From the NCBI GenBank assembly GCA_963665115.1, contig OY762007.1, positions 4,192,001 to 4,256,000 on the forward strand: 64,000 nucleotides of DNA. Direction: 5' to 3'. Shown one piece after another: positions 44,249 to 56,481 of the stretch. A program made the translations under genes and the position numbers. The notes below the pieces were generated by a model. That model was given only the letters and a program-made list of their open reading frames with translations, had not been told where the DNA came from and ran no database searches. This stretch comes from an uncultured Rivularia sp. (GTDB lineage: Bacteria > Cyanobacteriota > Cyanobacteriia > Cyanobacteriales > Nostocaceae). Within the stretch, counting starts at the first letter, position 1; every line of letters starts with the position of its first letter.

Positions 44249-46958
44249 GTGAATTCCAAATCTAAAGTAGGTAAAAAAGTTGTTGATAACGGAGAACAGA
44301 AAGTCCGCTTGACACCTCTTGAAGATTCTTTTGCACTAGTCACCATGTTGCAAATAAATCTACAAGGAAAGTCTGTTGGGGCTTATATTTTACGCAAAGG
44401 AGTTGACAATTATTTAGTTCAGTTTGGTTTTGAATGTACGGGTGTTCATTCCACTTTGCGGACAGAGCAAATAGACCCCGGTTTTCAATGCAATTGAATC
44501 AGGATTAAAAGATTTACCACCTGGGGAACGTTTAACTATCCGTCTGAGTTCTTTTACTGACGACACTAACCGACAGCAGCAATTAAAAAATCTAAGCCAA
44601 ACCGCACCGAATATTGAATTGCAATTCCTCTTAATGGGAGAGCGATGCAGAACACAACAACTAACTAAAAAAGGAGTTCGCAAACCAAAGAAACTACACC
44701 TTTATTGCACATACACCATTGAAACTAGTAGCACGGGTACAACCGATGCGATTGAGAAAATTCTCTCAAAAGTAGAACGTTCTTGGAAATCATTTACAGG
44801 AGAAATCAACGAACTTCAATTCATCGCCATCGAACGGTTAATCCACAAATCATTCACTGACGGATTCCAATTATGGGAACAGTTGATATCAAACAAAATG
44901 GGGCTAGATATCCGCCCCTTAAGTGCTGACACATTATGGTCAGAACTTTGGCAGCGATTTAACACCACACCATCACGTCCAATACCACAACTTTTAATTT
45001 ATGACGAAAACGGACTCCGAGAAGAAATTTATTCAGATGTAGCTCCTACATCTTTACTCATGGAGTCTTCTTCCTCAATTCCCATCGCTGATAGACGTTG
45101 GGTGCATCTCAAAGACAAATATATTGCAGCTCTCACCTTCGCGGATAAACCCGGTGGTTGGGTTGATAAACAACAACAGCTTCGTTATTTATGGGAGGTT
45201 TTATCAAGAGAAAGAGTTTACGATACTGAAATATATTGTCAGCTGATGCGGGCTAATGAAACCTTAGTTAAAACCAATATGCAGCGTTTAACTAAACAAT
45301 CAAACACATCTGCTGCATTGGCTCAAGATAAAAACTCGGTTGACGTAAAGTCTTTACTAAATATCAAAAAATCCATTGCAGCCCAGGAAGAACTCTATGA
45401 GGGTTCTGTTCCCGTCCACGTCGCAACGGTGTTTTTGATGTATCGTCAAACTCGCGAGCAATTAGACGAAGCTTGTCGTTACTTACAATCTTGCTTTCTA
45501 CGTCCGGCTTGGGTTGTAAGAGAAACCGAATATCCCTGGCGAATCTGGTTACAAACTTTACCTATAGTTTGGGAACGCTTAATGACTGCTCCTTTTAATC
45601 GAAGGTTAGTCTACTTAAGTGGTGAAGTACCAGGATTAATGCCTGTGGTAAAAACTAAAACCGGAGATGGTAGCGGTTTTGAGTTAATCGCAGAAGAAGG
45701 AGGAACCCCAGTTGAACTAGATTTATACAGCCAGCATAAGAATTTAGGGCTATTTGCTACAACCCGTGCCGGGAAAAGCGTTTTAGCTTCTGGAATACTA
45801 ACTCAGGCATTAGCGCACGGAATGCCAGTTGTAGCAATGGATTATCCTAAGCCGGATGGAACCAGCACCTTTACAGACTACACCCGTTTTATGGAGAAGG
45901 ATGGAGCGTATTTTGATATTGGTAAAGAATCAAGCAATTTATTTGAATTACCAAACTTACGTTCCCTTTCTCCCAAATTGCAACAAGAGCGTTTTGAAGA
46001 CTATAAAGATTTCCTTGCTACCGCAATTATGGCAATGGTTGTCGGTAGTAAAGGAAATACTCAAAGCAAACAACAAGTTGATGCAGTTCGTTCGATAATT
46101 GCTTTAACCTTGAAAGCATTTTTTGCTGATGATTTAATTCGCGACCGTTATGCTGCTGCTTATACCAATGGGTTTGGTTCGGATGAATGGTCTGCAATTC
46201 CAACATTGCATGACTTTCTAAGTTTTTGTTCTCACGAACGTTTGCAACTTGAAGATAATAGTGGTGATACTAAAGCAGCCCTAGAAACAATAAAACTGCG
46301 TCTGCGATTTTGGCTTTCATCACGAGTTGGACAAGCTTTAGCACAGCCTTCAACCTTCCGCAGCGACGCTCGACTTTTAATTTTTGCATTACGAAACCTA
46401 TCCAATGATGAAGATGCGGCTGTTTTAAGTTTAAGTGCTTATAGTGCAGCGTTACGTCGAGCATTAGCTGCTCCGGCGAGTATCTTTTTCATTGATGAAA
46501 GCCCGATTCTATTTGAATATGACTCAATTGCAGCTTTAGTAGGTAGGTTGTGTGCGAATGGTGCAAAAGCGGGAATTAGAGTAATTTTATCCGCTCAAGA
46601 CCCAGATACAATTGCAAAATCTCCATCTGGCTCAAAGATATTTCAAAATTTAACTACTAGATTGATTGGTCGCATTCAACCCACTGCTGTTGATAGTTTT
46701 ACAACAATTTTGAAATATCCTCAAGAAATTATTGCTCGTAATGCTACAGAAAGCTTTTTTCCTAAAAAGGAGGATTTGTACTCGCAATGGTTGCTTGATG
46801 ATAACGGAATATTTACTTTTTGTCGTTATTATCCAGCACCTATTCTGTTAGCTGTAGTAGGGAATAATCCAAAAGAACAAGAACAGAGAACGCTTTACTT
46901 GTCAAAGTATTCAGATAAATTTGTTGCTCTGACGGAACTTTCTAAACAATTAATTTAA
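44249..46958 (+). CDS. VirB4-like conjugation ATPase; +1 frameshift at 44476-44479
   Basis: Walker A ATTRAGKS, Walker B FFIDE, GAKAGIRVILSAQ; about 900 aa once joined. Confidence 0.82.
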
Positions 46959-46985
46959 ACTGAATAGTTACATGACTATAAAACT

Positions 46986-47696
46986 ATGAAAAAAATCAAT
47001 AAATTGACCATTATTTTAGTTGGAATTAGCACAATCTCATCAATTAGTATTAACCGAGCCTATGCTTTAGAAATACAAAATCCCTTGGTAACAGTAATTG
47101 AGCAATTGCAAGAACAAACTGGTTCTGTGAATAAATATATTTCCTCAACCATCTCCGGTAAATTAGATGATTTATCCGAATCTTTAGAGGGAGATTTACA
47201 GGCAGTAGTACAAGAAGCTGCTGGTATATTAGGCTTACCGGATGCCGGAGAAGTTAGAAAGGAAATTGAGGTTATGGCATCCGATAGCAACAATGCAGTC
47301 AATAGTGTTGATAAAGCAACTAACGAAGTTGACCGCCAAATAACTCGTGCTTCTGGTTTTACGTTGACTAAAGAAGGACAAGAAAATATGAAAGCACAAG
47401 TCGAAAAAACTCAAACATCAATTGAGACAGTTTCCATATTTTCTGATGCTGCTCAAAATGATGTTGTTACCCAGAATGTAATGAAGCGTATTGCCCAGCA
47501 GAATACTCAAATTACAGGAATATTAGGTGCAATGCGAAGTGATGGCTTGAAAACAAAACAATCCCAAGATTTGGCGAATCTCAACCTAACTAATATATCT
47601 CGTTCTTTAGACGGTCAAAATCAGTCACGCAAGAAAGAAGTTGTTGGTCAAGGTTTTAGCAATTTAAGAACTGCTGCACAGGCACGATTGTTTTAG
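46986..47696 (+). CDS. Secreted helical T4SS protein (VirB5-like by position)
   Basis: Signal peptide ending AYA; Q/N-rich helices. Confidence 0.5.
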   Translation: MKKINKLTIILVGISTISSISINRAYALEIQNPLVTVIEQLQEQTGSVNKYISSTISGKLDDLSESLEGDLQAVVQEAAGILGLPDAGEVRKEIEVMASDSNNAVNSVDKATNEVDRQITRASGFTLTKEGQENMKAQVEKTQTSIETVSIFSDAAQNDVVTQNVMKRIAQQNTQITGILGAMRSDGLKTKQSQDLANLNLTNISRSLDGQNQSRKKEVVGQGFSNLRTAAQARLF

Positions 47697-47710
47697 AAGA
47701 TTGCTACAGT

Positions 47711-48733
47711 ATGTCATTCCTACTATTACCTTGGGGACTAATTCTCGCTCAAGTTCAACCAGAAAATCCGGGACAAGCAGCTTCCACAATTACAGAGGAC
47801 GGAATCGCAGCGAGCGAAGCTGTTGCACAGTCAATTGATAATCTTTGGGATGACGTTTTAGGTGGTGGTTTATATAGTGCGATCGCCAATCTCGGAATCT
47901 TCTTTGCAGTTGGTACATTGTTGATTTTCATCGTTCAGTGGACAAAGGAAATGATTGACGGTGATAGTTCCAAAGGATTCACCGAACTAATCTGGACAAT
48001 CGTTGTCATAGTTCTACTTGCAAACAACGGTCAACAATTAATAGCTGTGACCAAAGGCTTGAGAGGAATAATCAACCAAACTAATCAAACTCTTTTAGTT
48101 TCTACCTCTGCTTCTATCCAATTGCAAGAAGCTTATCAACAGGTAATGCTCAAAACAGGAAAAACAGACGCAATTGAGTCGCTGATTAACCAATGTAATA
48201 CCATTGCCGACCCAACGCAACAAACTGAGTGTCTACAAAATGCAGCCCGACAAGCGGAGCAAATTGAAGCAGAAGCTGACCAAGATAACCGTCCATCTTG
48301 GCTCAAGAATGCCAGCGATTTTTTCAACACCAATATTTTTCAGTTAGCAGTACGTGGTTGGCTTCTAACGCTTGCGGCAGCTTTTCAATGGATAATCGAG
48401 ATTTGTATGTTGTTGACTGCACTACTAGGACCGCTAGCTGTTGGAGGTTCCTTGCTTCCCGTCGGTCAAAAAGCTATTTTCGCATGGTTAACAGGTTTCT
48501 TCTCGGTGGGAATGATAAAACTTTGCTTCAATATTATTTCTGGTTTGGTTGCCACGATGGTCTTGAATGCTGACAATAACGACCCAATGATTTTTGCATT
48601 TGCAATTGGTATTCTTGCCCCAATTTTATCTGTAGTTTTAGCAGCAGGTGGTGGATTAGCAGTTTTTAGAAGTTTTTCGAGTATTGCGAGTTTTGGTCTT
48701 TCTACCTTCGTAACTAGAATTGTAAGTAAATAG
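47711..48733 (+). CDS. VirB6-like polytopic membrane protein
   Basis: Multiple TM segments, LTALLGPLAV..AWL; cluster position. Confidence 0.65.
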   Translation: MSFLLLPWGLILAQVQPENPGQAASTITEDGIAASEAVAQSIDNLWDDVLGGGLYSAIANLGIFFAVGTLLIFIVQWTKEMIDGDSSKGFTELIWTIVVIVLLANNGQQLIAVTKGLRGIINQTNQTLLVSTSASIQLQEAYQQVMLKTGKTDAIESLINQCNTIADPTQQTECLQNAARQAEQIEAEADQDNRPSWLKNASDFFNTNIFQLAVRGWLLTLAAAFQWIIEICMLLTALLGPLAVGGSLLPVGQKAIFAWLTGFFSVGMIKLCFNIISGLVATMVLNADNNDPMIFAFAIGILAPILSVVLAAGGGLAVFRSFSSIASFGLSTFVTRIVSK

Positions 48734-48740
48734 AAAAAAT

Positions 48741-49541
48741 ATGACGAACTTAGATAATAATTTTAGTTCAGAATCAACTCAAAATAAAAGACTAAAATTT
48801 TTAAATCGTGCATCTAAAAATTTTTCAACTGGCGATAGTTTAGCTTTGTTTGCAGTTGGAACTTTTGGATTGCATCTGATAACATTTTTTATGCTTATAT
48901 TACTCTACGGTTCTTATTCACAATTAAATAAAAAGCCACCTCCTTCATTGGTTCAATTAGAAACAGGTAAAGCAATTAAAGTAGCACCGTTAGGAAATGT
49001 TGAACGCACTCCACAAGTAGTATCTCGTTTTGTTTCCGATACGATGACTTTAATGATGAATTGGTCGGGAACACTACCACCGAACACTGTTGAAGAAAAC
49101 GCAAAACCACTACAAGACAAAGGTGTAGATGTGGTCGAGCGTGGAGCAAGAGGAAATAAAGTTGCATCTAGAGCATGGCAAGCATCTTATGCGTTATCGT
49201 CCGATTTTCGTCAGGAGTTTTTGAAGAAGCTTGCTTCAATGACACCGCAGGGAGTTTTTAAAGGTACAACTCAAGTAGTTTTAATCCCGCTATCAATTCA
49301 ATCTCCTACCAAAATTGGTGAAGGAAAATGGAAAGTCAAAATGATTGCTAATTTGAATGTATTTAATCAAAGTAATAATTTAGGAGAGATAATTCCGTTT
49401 AATAAAGAGATATTTATTAGAGCAGTTATTGCACCAACGGAACCTATAAATACCAGTGATTTAGCTACTGTTGTTTATCAAGTGCGTGCTAGTGGATTAG
49501 AAATTTATGCAATTCGAGACTTACAAGCGGAGAATTTATAA
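48741..49541 (+). CDS. VirB8-like bitopic protein
   Basis: Single TM followed by a soluble domain ending GLEIYAI. Confidence 0.5.
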   Translation: MTNLDNNFSSESTQNKRLKFLNRASKNFSTGDSLALFAVGTFGLHLITFFMLILLYGSYSQLNKKPPPSLVQLETGKAIKVAPLGNVERTPQVVSRFVSDTMTLMMNWSGTLPPNTVEENAKPLQDKGVDVVERGARGNKVASRAWQASYALSSDFRQEFLKKLASMTPQGVFKGTTQVVLIPLSIQSPTKIGEGKWKVKMIANLNVFNQSNNLGEIIPFNKEIFIRAVIAPTEPINTSDLATVVYQVRASGLEIYAIRDLQAENL

Positions 49542-51250
49542 TGAATTCGCAGTCTGAAGATAATGACTTAAAAAATTTAGATAAATCCGATAGTGATTGG
49601 AATGAAGTAAGTTTTGAGAAACTGCTTGGATTTCATGATGAGAACCAACCACCGAGGGAAAAGGAATTTACTGAAATTCAAGATAGTAAGTCCTCAGAAG
49701 TGCCGAACCAAACAGAACCGAGTCCAATTGCTACATATGAATTATTTGACTCTCCACATGAAGGTAAAACTCAATCTCATTTTTACAGCAATCCTTTCGC
49801 TAAATTCGGTGCAGTTGGTTTAGTAATGCTTGTTGTATTTGGTTCTGCTGCGACAGTTTTAAACAGCATTATGTCAGGTAGTCTTAAAACTGCACCAACA
49901 AAAGAATACTCAAAACAATCCAAACCCAAGGTAGAAATTGCCAATAATCCAATTGAAAGAGAAACGGGAAAATTAAAAGCGGAATTAGCACTCTCAACCC
50001 AAGCTGAAAAAATCAAATCTGTAGAACGTGCTAAAAGTCCTAAAACTACTGTGAATAAACCTAAAGATAAACGGGAGCAAGAGCCTTCTAGACCAGTCAC
50101 AACTCGAACAACTCCAACTACAGAGCCAACCAAACCTATTCGGACTCAAATAGTTTCAAGACCACCAGCGAGGACTCAAGCTCCATATATACCTCGTCTT
50201 CAACCTCAATCATCACCTTTAGGATATAATAATGAAACTCCGAGCGCTCCACCAGTACCTCAAGGGTCCCGCCAATTTCAGCCAGTTGCAAATAGAATTA
50301 GCAAACCTTCTTATCCCAAAGTTGAAGAAAAAACTGACCCGATGGAAGAATGGACTAAAATTAGTCGTTTGGGAAGCTATGGCAGCAGCGAAATTACGAC
50401 TAATACTGATGACCAGCAACAGAAAGGAAATACGTTTGATACCACTATACGAGATCAACAACAACCAACAATCCAAAATGCAACTTTAATTTCAGCAGTC
50501 CAGACAGCACAAACACTAAACAGTGATGAACTAGAACCGCTTTATAGTGAAGAAGCGGCAATTATTAGATATGAAAACAATTATCAATTACAGGTGGGGG
50601 AATCGGTTGATGGAAAGTTATTAACCCCTTTAATCTGGAGTAATCATTTTACTAGCAAGAATTCAACTCAACAATCTAAAAATAAGTCAAAAAGCGAAAA
50701 ATTTGTAATTGAACTGGAACAACCATTAAATACACCAGAAGGAAAAGTAGTCATACCTATCGGTTCTCAAGTTGTAGCTCAAATTAAGAACGTTAATCAA
50801 GGGGGGCTAATTGAACTTCAAGCAACTCAAGTTGTGATTGATGGTAAAGAATATATTCTCCCTCCAAGTGCGATCGCCATTCGTGGTAATTCCGGAAAAC
50901 CTTTAGTAGCATCTCGTTTAAACAGTAAGAAAGGAGAAATTGCAAGACGAGACGTAGAAACCTTCGCTGTTGGTTCTTTAGCGAAAGTCGGTAAAGTTCT
51001 TAATCAACCCAAAGAACAACAAATATCAACGAGTAGTGGATTTGGTGGTACTAACTCTTTCTCTTCTACGAGAAGAAGTCGAGAAAATATTTTAGGAGCG
51101 GTTTTAGAGGGAGGATTTGAACCGCTAACTCAACAAATTATCGAACGTAATCAGCAAGCACTACAAGAACTACAGAAACAAGGTGATGTTTGGTATGTCA
51201 AAGCTGGTACTGAGGTACAAGTCTTTGTGAATGAATCTTTTCAATTTTAA
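49541..51250 (+). CDS. TrbI/VirB10-like protein
   Basis: TM, Pro-rich linker and C-terminal IPIGSQV..VKAGTEVQVFVN beta domain. Confidence 0.75.
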   Translation: MNSQSEDNDLKNLDKSDSDWNEVSFEKLLGFHDENQPPREKEFTEIQDSKSSEVPNQTEPSPIATYELFDSPHEGKTQSHFYSNPFAKFGAVGLVMLVVFGSAATVLNSIMSGSLKTAPTKEYSKQSKPKVEIANNPIERETGKLKAELALSTQAEKIKSVERAKSPKTTVNKPKDKREQEPSRPVTTRTTPTTEPTKPIRTQIVSRPPARTQAPYIPRLQPQSSPLGYNNETPSAPPVPQGSRQFQPVANRISKPSYPKVEEKTDPMEEWTKISRLGSYGSSEITTNTDDQQQKGNTFDTTIRDQQQPTIQNATLISAVQTAQTLNSDELEPLYSEEAAIIRYENNYQLQVGESVDGKLLTPLIWSNHFTSKNSTQQSKNKSKSEKFVIELEQPLNTPEGKVVIPIGSQVVAQIKNVNQGGLIELQATQVVIDGKEYILPPSAIAIRGNSGKPLVASRLNSKKGEIARRDVETFAVGSLAKVGKVLNQPKEQQISTSSGFGGTNSFSSTRRSRENILGAVLEGGFEPLTQQIIERNQQALQELQKQGDVWYVKAGTEVQVFVNESFQF

Positions 51251-51265
51251 CTAGGGGCAGCCGTT

Positions 51266-52036
51266 ATGAATATTTTGCAGTGGAAAACCACAATTGCTTG
51301 CTGTGTATTATTACCTCTGACAAATTTATCGCCAGTAATTGCAAGTGAAATAAAACAGAATGTGAAACAAATTCCCCAGGGAATTGCTACTGGTCATAAT
51401 TCCCAAAATATACCCAAAATTGAGTTGTCGCCCGGTTATGGAGTAAACATTTCATTTATTAAAAGTAACGAAATAGTAGAAAAAGTATGGTTAGATAATC
51501 CTGTATTCGCATCACTCGACGTGGATGGCTGTTTATCAACAGAGGGGAAAGAATGTGAAAAAGAAGGGGCAACGGTAATACATTTAAGACGAATTAAGCC
51601 GTTAAAAGTAAAACAATTACCATTATCTAATAGCAGCTTATTAACCGTAATTTCAAAAGGTAAATCGGGAAGAAAGGTATATTTATTTAAAGTGGTAATG
51701 GGAGATAAAACTCCTACTTTCCATACTCTAGAAATCATACCTGATATCAAAATATCTCCCGAAACGACTCAATTCTCTAACATTAAAAATAATGGCGAAT
51801 TGAAGCAAATTAGTCGAGGGTTAAAACTTGTTAGCAAAAGAGGCTTGATTCATCGAGAATCCCTTTTGTGGTCAAGAATAGCAAACTTCTTAGTGAAAGT
51901 AGGAATGGGTGAACCCGTTGACAGTGCTGCTCGTAGAAGTGGTATTTCGATGCGGTTGGTTAATCGCCTAATTGAACTAGGAAGTTTAAGAGGCAGGGGG
52001 CAGCGGGAGGGAATAAAGCGAAAGTATTTTACATAA
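51266..52036 (+). CDS. Secreted T4SS-associated protein (VirB9-like by features)
   Basis: Signal peptide; IELSPGYGVNISF..EKVWLDNP. Confidence 0.5.
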   Translation: MNILQWKTTIACCVLLPLTNLSPVIASEIKQNVKQIPQGIATGHNSQNIPKIELSPGYGVNISFIKSNEIVEKVWLDNPVFASLDVDGCLSTEGKECEKEGATVIHLRRIKPLKVKQLPLSNSSLLTVISKGKSGRKVYLFKVVMGDKTPTFHTLEIIPDIKISPETTQFSNIKNNGELKQISRGLKLVSKRGLIHRESLLWSRIANFLVKVGMGEPVDSAARRSGISMRLVNRLIELGSLRGRGQREGIKRKYFT

Positions 52037-52078
52037 ATCAAACTGTAGTAATGAAATTTTTAAATAGGTACTTATATT

Positions 52079-53758
52079 ATGAAATTACTAAAACAGAATT
52101 TAATATTTGCTTGGGGGGTGAGTTTATCACTTTTGATTTCTGGTGCGATTATTGTTGGGTTGCAACAGAAATCTATATCTAATTCTCCATCAAGACACTC
52201 GGAAATTCCTACAATTAAATGGCAAAATACTCGTTTACCAAATTGGAATCAAATTACGTTTTCTAAAATGCCAGCGATTACTGAACCTGGTTCATTTCAA
52301 GCACCTGAGATAGTGATTTCAAAGTTAGAATATGACCCATCTCGTAGTTGGGATACGGGACAAAAGCCTGATTCGTTTACAATGCTGGGTGATTTTCAGG
52401 ACTCTTTTAAACTCCAAGAATTTTCACTTTTGGATATTTCTCAAATTACTAGCTCTGATATACAAGAAGTTGACTTGTCCCGTTTTGGTGTATTCAAATT
52501 TCAAACAATAGAAAGCTTAGTTAAAGCAATACCTGATTTAGAAGAATGGAAGATAGGAGATGTAAAACCAATATATGATTTACTTTCAGAAAATTTATCC
52601 CAGCCATTTAACTCGAATCAAACTATAGGTAATTTGCTCAAAATATCTTCACATTTGGGTAAATTAAATTTTGAATCTTCGGATTTAACATCTTACAAAA
52701 TCGATTCAATTCCGGGATTATCAATAACTCCAATTGCTAGCTTTGACAAATGGCAAGGAGTTTATATTGATGAGGTACCCGGATTAAGCAATGTACCATT
52801 TTCCCAATTCCCCAATCCTGCTAACCCCATAGGAATGCAAGTTGGAATAGTAGATGTTGCGTTTGCAACTAACGAACAAAAACGAGATAGAACTATTTCA
52901 GGTAGTAACTTTGAAGGATTTGCAGTAGCTTGTGATAAAGATTGCGCCCATATTGAACTATCTGGCTCTCCAAGTGTTAAGGGTAAAGCTTGGGTTAGTG
53001 GTAAGTATCAGTTGGTTAAAGGTGGAGGAGGAATCTTAGGTTCGGTAAATGGTGGCAAAGAACCCACTGGTAGAAACCTATTTGGTGATGCTTTTAAAGT
53101 TGCTGTGTGGGATGTTTCTGAAGTAGATGGAAAAGTTTCTCAATCTTTATTCTTCCGGGTTTGTATGCGAAATAATTTCGTTGACTTAGGATGTACACCT
53201 TATTTTATTGGTCCGGTTCCGTTTATGACTTATAAGGAGAAGGAACCCATATTCTTAGGTACGATTGATTCTAATAAAAATTCGATGTCAGTACCTACAG
53301 GTTTAAACAGTAGCGGATTTAGTTTTGATAATTCTCCAATTATTTCTTCAAAGAAGGAAAATAATGTATTTAACTTGATACCTGTTGCAAAGGGAGATTG
53401 CAGAAATATTCATTCATCTAATACTAATCTTGATGCTTTAAGTGGAGCATTATTAGACGTAGAAAGTAGTTACATTACACAGAATTTTTCACCGACCGAA
53501 CAGCAATCTTTAATTGAATCAAACAATAGTGATTTACTATCAATTGCATCGCAGCAAACTGACCCAACCACAGGTAAACCTTTTACTGGAGACAGACTAG
53601 TTGAACGTGCAACTCAAATGCATTTCGCTGGTGTAAATATTCCTATTGATTCTCAAATTCGTGATGTGAGTAAGGGTATGACAGTCAAAGAATATGGAGA
53701 AAAAGCGAAAGCTAAATACAAGCATAATTTGCAATCAATGAATTGTTTATCAGATTAA
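52079..53758 (+). CDS. Exported hypothetical protein of the conjugation cluster
   Basis: N-terminal TM, repeated IPGL/VPGL motifs and Cys pairs. Confidence 0.6.
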   Translation: MKLLKQNLIFAWGVSLSLLISGAIIVGLQQKSISNSPSRHSEIPTIKWQNTRLPNWNQITFSKMPAITEPGSFQAPEIVISKLEYDPSRSWDTGQKPDSFTMLGDFQDSFKLQEFSLLDISQITSSDIQEVDLSRFGVFKFQTIESLVKAIPDLEEWKIGDVKPIYDLLSENLSQPFNSNQTIGNLLKISSHLGKLNFESSDLTSYKIDSIPGLSITPIASFDKWQGVYIDEVPGLSNVPFSQFPNPANPIGMQVGIVDVAFATNEQKRDRTISGSNFEGFAVACDKDCAHIELSGSPSVKGKAWVSGKYQLVKGGGGILGSVNGGKEPTGRNLFGDAFKVAVWDVSEVDGKVSQSLFFRVCMRNNFVDLGCTPYFIGPVPFMTYKEKEPIFLGTIDSNKNSMSVPTGLNSSGFSFDNSPIISSKKENNVFNLIPVAKGDCRNIHSSNTNLDALSGALLDVESSYITQNFSPTEQQSLIESNNSDLLSIASQQTDPTTGKPFTGDRLVERATQMHFAGVNIPIDSQIRDVSKGMTVKEYGEKAKAKYKHNLQSMNCLSD

Positions 53759-53760
53759 TT

Positions 53761-54318
53761 ATGCAACCAAATATTTATAAAATTTATCAGTTTAAGTTGA
53801 AGAAGAATCGAACTGCTGCTTTGATTTTATTTATAGTTATCATGACTTTTACTGTATCGGCTTTACATACAATTTTATCTAATAATAATCGTATAGCTAC
53901 CTGGAAAAGCGCAGAGTCAGTTACACCACAACCTCTTCTAAAACAGGTTTTATCTCAAAAATCAACTCGCTATCTTGATATTTCCTCAATCAAAGTTATA
54001 CGAATCCCATCTCAAGGTGCTGGTCACTTATACATTTTTGATTATGCTTCTTCTCAACTTTGTGGTGCTGCTGGGTGCTTGTATTCAGTTTATAACAAGT
54101 CGGGTAAGCTACTTTTAGAATTTATCGCTAATTCCGGGCTACCTTATAGAGAAAAGTTAATTAAGGTTTCTGAAACTGCTAACCAAGGTTTTCCTTGCCT
54201 AACTATTACTCAAAGTACAAATACAGATGGATTACTATCACAAACCGAATTTTGTTATCAACAGGGAAAGTATATTGCCTTAAATAAAAGTTTTATTAGT
54301 CAAAAGAAAAATGAATAA
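53761..54318 (+). CDS. Hypothetical exported protein
   Basis: TM followed by an LCGAAGCLY motif. Confidence 0.6.
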   Translation: MQPNIYKIYQFKLKKNRTAALILFIVIMTFTVSALHTILSNNNRIATWKSAESVTPQPLLKQVLSQKSTRYLDISSIKVIRIPSQGAGHLYIFDYASSQLCGAAGCLYSVYNKSGKLLLEFIANSGLPYREKLIKVSETANQGFPCLTITQSTNTDGLLSQTEFCYQQGKYIALNKSFISQKKNE

Positions 54319-56138
54319 CAATTTTATATTGATACAACAACCATCAACAATACCAAAAAATTCTCAGATTGAAAAATTCGCTGATTTAATGAAATCACAA
54401 TCTGGCTTAGTGCTGCTAGGGTGTTTTGCTAGTATTGGTATTTTAAAATTAATTTCTGGAAGTAATTATAAAGGTAAAGTTGCTACCAGTTACTGGGGTG
54501 GTAGCCGAGAAAAATCTCAAGCAGCCAGAAAAGCGAAGAAGCAGATATCTAAACCGATTCGTAATTCTGTTGGATTATATGTTGGAACTCCCCCATACAT
54601 CAGAACTGCTCTACAAAAACAGTGGTACAAAGGCGGTTTCATCAAAACTAAACCAACTTTTAAACAAAAATTTCTTTCTTCCAATTCAACTTTGTATGTA
54701 CCAGATGCTCAAAGAGGAATAGCTGTTATCGGTGCAGCTGGTTCGGGTAAAACTTTCTCTGTAATAGACCCCGTTAATTCGTAGCGCATTCGACCAAGGT
54801 TTTCCAATGCTGCTCTACGATTTCAAGTTTCCAGCGCAAACGAAACGAGCTGTAGCTTATGCAATGAAGCGAGGTTACAGCGTAAGGGTGTTTGCGCCGG
54901 GGTTTGCTGAGAGTGAAACTTGCAATCCGTTAGATTTATTGAGGGATGAAGAAGATGCGATCGCAGCAGGACAACTTACTCAAGTAATCTCTCGAAACTT
55001 TGACAGAGGTGCGAATGCTAGCAGTGATAAGTTCTTTGAAGAAGCAGGAGATTCTTTGGTTGAGGGGATTTTACTTGTAACCAAAGCTATTAAAACTTTA
55101 ACTGGCGAAGATAAATATTGTGATTTAATGATGGCACAAGCTATTTTGTCTTTACCAAATCTAGCGACTAGACTCGAAGCTGCTTCCTCCGAAAAATTAA
55201 AAGTCTGGACTTCTCGACCATTATCACAATTAATCAGCGTCAAAGATTCAGAAAAAACAGCTGCATCAATTATCGGTACCGCACAGCGAATGTTTCAGCG
55301 CTTTCTCAAGCGTGATTTTGTTGGTGCTTTTTGCGGTCAAACAACGCTACCACTTGATTTAGATGGGAAGCAACTAATTATTTTTGGTCTGGATAGAAAC
55401 AACAGAGACATTGTTAGTCCGCTGCTTGCTGCGATTTTACACATGATTGTAACCCGCAACATCACCCGCACTATTCCCCGTAGTGACCCTTTGATTGTTG
55501 CTTTGGATGAACTACCAACATTCTATTTACCAGCACTCGTCAATTGGCTAAATGAAGGACGTGAAGACGGTTTCGTCGGCCTTTTAGGTTATCAAAATAT
55601 TGCTCAATTAGAGAAAGTTTACGGAAAAGAATTATCACGAGCAATATTAGGAGGTACTGCAACAAAATTTATTTTCAATCCCCAAGATCCTGAATCTGCG
55701 AAGATTTTTAGCGATTATTTAGGGGAGATGGAAATAAAATTTAATTCTAAATCTCGAAGTATGGGGAAAGGGGGTGGTTCTCACAGCAGCAACGAGCATC
55801 ATCAAAAGCGGCATTTATTGGAACCAGCGCAATTTGCAAAGATGGGTACTGGGAGAGCGGTAATTATTAATCCAGCTTACACTCGCGGCACAGAAGCATA
55901 CGTTCCCTTGTTGCATAAGTTGAAGGTTCCCCTCTCTGATATTGAAGAAATGAATTGGTCGGAAAGTAAATGGGATTTTGTAAGGGAACGATTGATTGAA
56001 AATAATGGCGTACAGGTGAGTGAGGAAGAACGTTCCGCACAATTTTTAGAGCGTAAAGCATTGGCGGAAAAATTATTTCCGTTACCTCAAGAAGGTGAAG
56101 ATTTGGCTTCACCAGAAGAATTGAACAATATATTTTAG
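54311..56138 (+). CDS. VirD4/TraG-like type IV coupling protein; +1 frameshift at 54769-54772
   Basis: GAAGSGKT, YDFK, NPLD, LDELP and GYQNIAQLEKVYG. Confidence 0.88.
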
Positions 56139-56149
56139 AGTCAAATACA

Positions 56150-56476
56150 ATGACACAAAAACAAGTTAATTCCAATCCAGAAGTATTTTCAATTTTATCG
56201 CACTATCCAAGATGGCTAGAAATGGTCGATGAAGCAAAGGAAAAACCAGTTTTTGATAAAAATTATTGTCCCCATGTAATTGAAATATTTGACCAGCATG
56301 GTCTGTTGGCTGGAAAAATCAACGGATTATCCGCTTATGAATGTACTAGAGATATTCAACAAAAAAGTGATTTCAATGCTTGGCTGCTTGATGGAAAATT
56401 AGCCATATTTTATGTTGGATCTTCCTTAATTGTAAATCGTTTGGAAGCAGTAGCTTTAGTTAGCAAAGGAGAGTAA
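56150..56476 (+). CDS. Hypothetical protein
   Basis: 108-aa ORF tightly coupled in the operon. Confidence 0.55.
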   Translation: MTQKQVNSNPEVFSILSHYPRWLEMVDEAKEKPVFDKNYCPHVIEIFDQHGLLAGKINGLSAYECTRDIQQKSDFNAWLLDGKLAIFYVGSSLIVNRLEAVALVSKGE

Positions 56477-56481
56477 ATGAA